A stretch of 10,110 nt of DNA. Source: Chlamydiota bacterium (GTDB taxonomy: Bacteria; Chlamydiota; Chlamydiia; Chlamydiales; SM23-39). Each line of letters starts with the position of its first letter. Position 1 is the stretch's first letter. A model generated the notes under the pieces. It worked only from the letters and a program-made list of their open reading frames with translations. It searched no databases and was not told the origin of the DNA. Location of the stretch: positions 1 through 10,110 of the forward strand of contig JBCDEZ010000044.1 of the NCBI GenBank assembly GCA_039179045.1, given 5' to 3'. Both the position numbers and the translations under genes were made by a program. Shown piece after piece: positions 8,102 to 10,110 of this stretch.

Positions 8102-8130
8102 TTGCAAAAAAATAGCATTCTTGCTAAATT
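8102..8130 (+). promoter_or_regulatory. Candidate sigma66/sigma70 promoter for the orphan gene
   Basis: TTGCAA (8102-8107), a 17 nt spacer, and TAAATT (8125-8130) with extended -10 TG at 8122-8123. The context is very AT-rich, so a chance match is possible. Confidence 0.45.
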
Positions 8131-8181
8131 TTTTAATTATTTCTAAATATTTATGATATTAACACCTTTCTTATATTCTGC

Positions 8182-9123
8182 TTGTTTGTATGGGATAAAA
8201 AAAGCTATACCTACTTTACGAGCGGAGGCAATAATTCTCTAACTATAGATCATTCCTCCACTCTTATTGAGAGCATCAGAAAATCAGGAATACATGCTCA
8301 CAATTTCTTACCTGGGTACGTGCCTTCTTTTCCGCAAAAGCTCCTTTCTATAACCACAGATTACGCTTGGATCTCCTACCTAGCTCTCCGCATTTTGCAA
8401 GGAACATTTGCAAATATGCCTTGGATACAGGCTATTGGCTCCGCTTCTTTGACGGGGGGAGCTTTGGGAGCTATTGCATTTGCGGGATTAGGCTCTTTCT
8501 TTTCTCTTGCGTATGATTCTTTATACGCTAAATACCCTCTCTCATTGAAAATGTGGCTAGATACTACTCCTTTGCCCGATCTTTCCGAGATCCTTCCAAA
8601 AGGAGTGTGTCTTACTCTTACTCCAGACGCTTTCAAGATAGCAACCACCATAAAACAAGAATTCTTGGATTATTTAGAGAACCATAAAAAACGCAACAAC
8701 TGCGATATCTTTCTTTTGCGTTTCATCTGCGAGAATCCTCTTTTCACGTTTATGCCCCTTCTTGTATTAAGGAAAAACGAGAATTATGGAGAAATAAAGA
8801 AGCGCACCTTTTATTACTTTATTACTATTCTTTCCATGCAAGATTTTCTCTTGCACCAGAAAAATAATAAGGCATATAAGAGGGCCGGTTTCCCCGCTGA
8901 GATTCTGGACGGGATCGCAGTTCGTCAACGTAATGCATTTCTTTCCGCTATGAACATACTGCAGTTCGCTACTGAACGATATCATCGTCACACAGGTCCT
9001 AAGCGGATTCGGGAATTCACCGATCTCTTTCGTACTGATATAGTCCCCCCTCGCAGTTCGGAATTGTCTGGTTTGCTCTGGCTTACTCAAAATTTTGTAA
9101 TGAACTATACCCATCTTGACTGA
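8182..9123 (+). CDS. Orphan membrane-associated protein, Inc-like candidate; start uncertain, 3' end probably truncated by IS630
   Basis: 313-codon open frame in AT-rich DNA. A hydrophobic stretch of ~50 aa (YAWISYLALRILQGTFANMPWIQAIGSASLTGGALGAIAFAGLGSFFSLAY) is followed by a soluble, helical-looking region. No recognisable catalytic motif. The TTG start has no RBS. Confidence 0.65.
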   Translation: MFVWDKKSYTYFTSGGNNSLTIDHSSTLIESIRKSGIHAHNFLPGYVPSFPQKLLSITTDYAWISYLALRILQGTFANMPWIQAIGSASLTGGALGAIAFAGLGSFFSLAYDSLYAKYPLSLKMWLDTTPLPDLSEILPKGVCLTLTPDAFKIATTIKQEFLDYLENHKKRNNCDIFLLRFICENPLFTFMPLLVLRKNENYGEIKKRTFYYFITILSMQDFLLHQKNNKAYKRAGFPAEILDGIAVRQRNAFLSAMNILQFATERYHRHTGPKRIREFTDLFRTDIVPPRSSELSGLLWLTQNFVMNYTHLD

Positions 9124-10110
9124 AGATTTGCGTAGGCAAAAAAGCGAGATTTTTGTACAAGACTAGTCATGACTTGTTTGACTTTAGAAGAAAAGGAAGC
9201 TTTGAAGAAGCAACATAAAAAGAGCGAGACGGCCGTGTTCGGGATCGGATTAAATCTGTAATTCTTCGAGATAAAGGTTGGAGTTTCCGTGAAATTGCTG
9301 ATGCACTCTTGCTTACAGAGGAGACAATACGGTTACATATTCGGGAATACGAAGCATCGAAAAAGCTTCCTACTGAAAATGGAGGTTCTCACAGAAAATT
9401 GCGTGAAGATCAAAGCGCTCTTTTATGCGAACACCTTGAAAAGAATACCCGGCTCTATGTGAAGGATATTGCTGCCTATGTGTTGTCAGTGTTTGGAGTG
9501 AAGTATAGCATTTCAGGAATGCATTCTTGGCTGAAGTCAAATGGTTTTACCTATAAAAAGCCCGCAGTTCTTCCAGGAAAAGTAGATGTAGAGAAGCAAA
9601 AACAATGGTTGGCAGCAGTACCGCTGTCTCGAAAAAAGACTCGGTGAAAACGAAGCGATTTGCTTCATTGATGGAGTGCACCCTACCCACAATACAAAGA
9701 CCATTTGGGGATGGATGAAAAAGGGTGTGCGTAAAACAATCCGTACAAATACTGGTAGGCAGAGAATCAACCTATCTGGTGCTTTGGATATCAATAAGCA
9801 TAAAGTCTTGATCCAAGAAGATACGACATTAAATGCTGAGTCTACGATTGCATTTTTTAAGAAAATAGAAAAATCGTATGAAAATTTTGTTAAGATTTAT
9901 CTGTTTTCCGACAATGCGCGTTATTATAAAAACCGATTCGTTCAAGACTATTTAAAAAACTCTAGAATTGAACTCCGTTTTTTGCCTCCATATAGTCCGA
10001 ATCTAAATCCCATTGAGCGGCTTTGGAAATTTATGAATGAGAAAGTGTTGTGGAACAAATATTACGAAAAATTTTCTGCGTTCAAGCATGCGGTGATGGG
10101 ATTTCTGGAG
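9108..10110 (+). mobile_element. IS630-family insertion sequence, right end outside the window
   Basis: Transposase homology runs from 9169 to the window end. The left end is inferred at TA|TACCCATCTTGACTGAAG (TA at 9106-9107), consistent with IS630 TA targeting. The boundary is unconfirmed because the right inverted repeat is not visible. Confidence 0.85.
9169..10110 (+). pseudogene. IS630-family transposase with two frameshifts
   Basis: Three segments join up: MTCLTLEEKEALKKQHK (9169), then ERDGRVRDRIKSVIL...WSFREIADALLLTEETIR (HTH)...YSISGMHSWLKSNGFTYKKP (winged HTH), then YRCLEKRLGENEAICFIDGVHP...FSDNARYY...FLPPYSPNLNPIERLWK (DDE triad). One base is missing at A5 9217-9221 and one is extra near 9616. 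Confidence 0.93.

Noticed and set aside
8068..8104. GTGATT repeated at 8068 and 8091 upstream of the candidate promoter, a possible activator site
   Set aside because: Two 6-mers in AT-rich DNA are within chance expectation, and no comparative support is available.
8113..8127. TAGCA-TTCT-TGCTAA palindrome resembling CIRCE (HrcA operator) arms
   Set aside because: The arms are only 4 nt apart, far shorter than CIRCE (TTAGCACTC-N9-GAGTGCTAA), and the downstream gene is not a chaperone. It may still be some other operator, but that is unsupported.
7919..8152. AT-rich intergenic region as a possible sRNA, tRNA or CRISPR locus
   Set aside because: No cloverleaf, repeat-spacer periodicity or stable structure is visible, only homopolymer tracts.
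9632..9638. A_AAA_AAG in phase near the end of the 9309-9647 ORF, resembling a programmed -1 frameshift joining orfA and orfB
   Set aside because: A -1 shift here enters a frame that stops within about 30 codons. The DDE domain is in the +1 frame, and homology already switches upstream, near 9616.
9309..9647. 112-aa ORF as a standalone gene
   Set aside because: It is the middle fragment of the frameshifted IS630 transposase. Homology extends upstream of its TTG and downstream in another frame.
1..10110. Composite transposon carrying pknD-valS between the two IS elements
   Set aside because: The flanking elements belong to different families (IS5 and IS630), both are defective, and the enclosed genes are in their native chlamydial arrangement.

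Overview
Chlamydiae-type chromosomal segment bounded by two decayed insertion sequences. The core is a tightly packed + strand run: pknD (Ser/Thr kinase), an ADP-ribose pyrophosphatase-type Nudix hydrolase, and valS. It is followed by a divergent pair of signal-peptide-bearing, beta-rich hypothetical proteins and an AT-rich orphan gene with an Inc-like hydrophobic segment. An IS630-family element with a doubly frameshifted transposase appears to have inserted into the orphan's 3' end and runs off the window. Bases 1-219 hold a degenerate IS5-family (IS903 group) transposase fragment on the - strand that the ORF track misses. The taxonomic call rests on full-length PknD similarity, pknD-valS linkage and an insertion before ValRS KMSKS, all recognised from memory rather than by search. 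No CRISPR array, rRNA or tRNA was seen. I cannot demonstrate a new system. The best leads are the pknD-Nudix-valS coupling, the uncharacterised secreted pair, and the candidate effector with a slippery 5' end and IS-derived 3' end.
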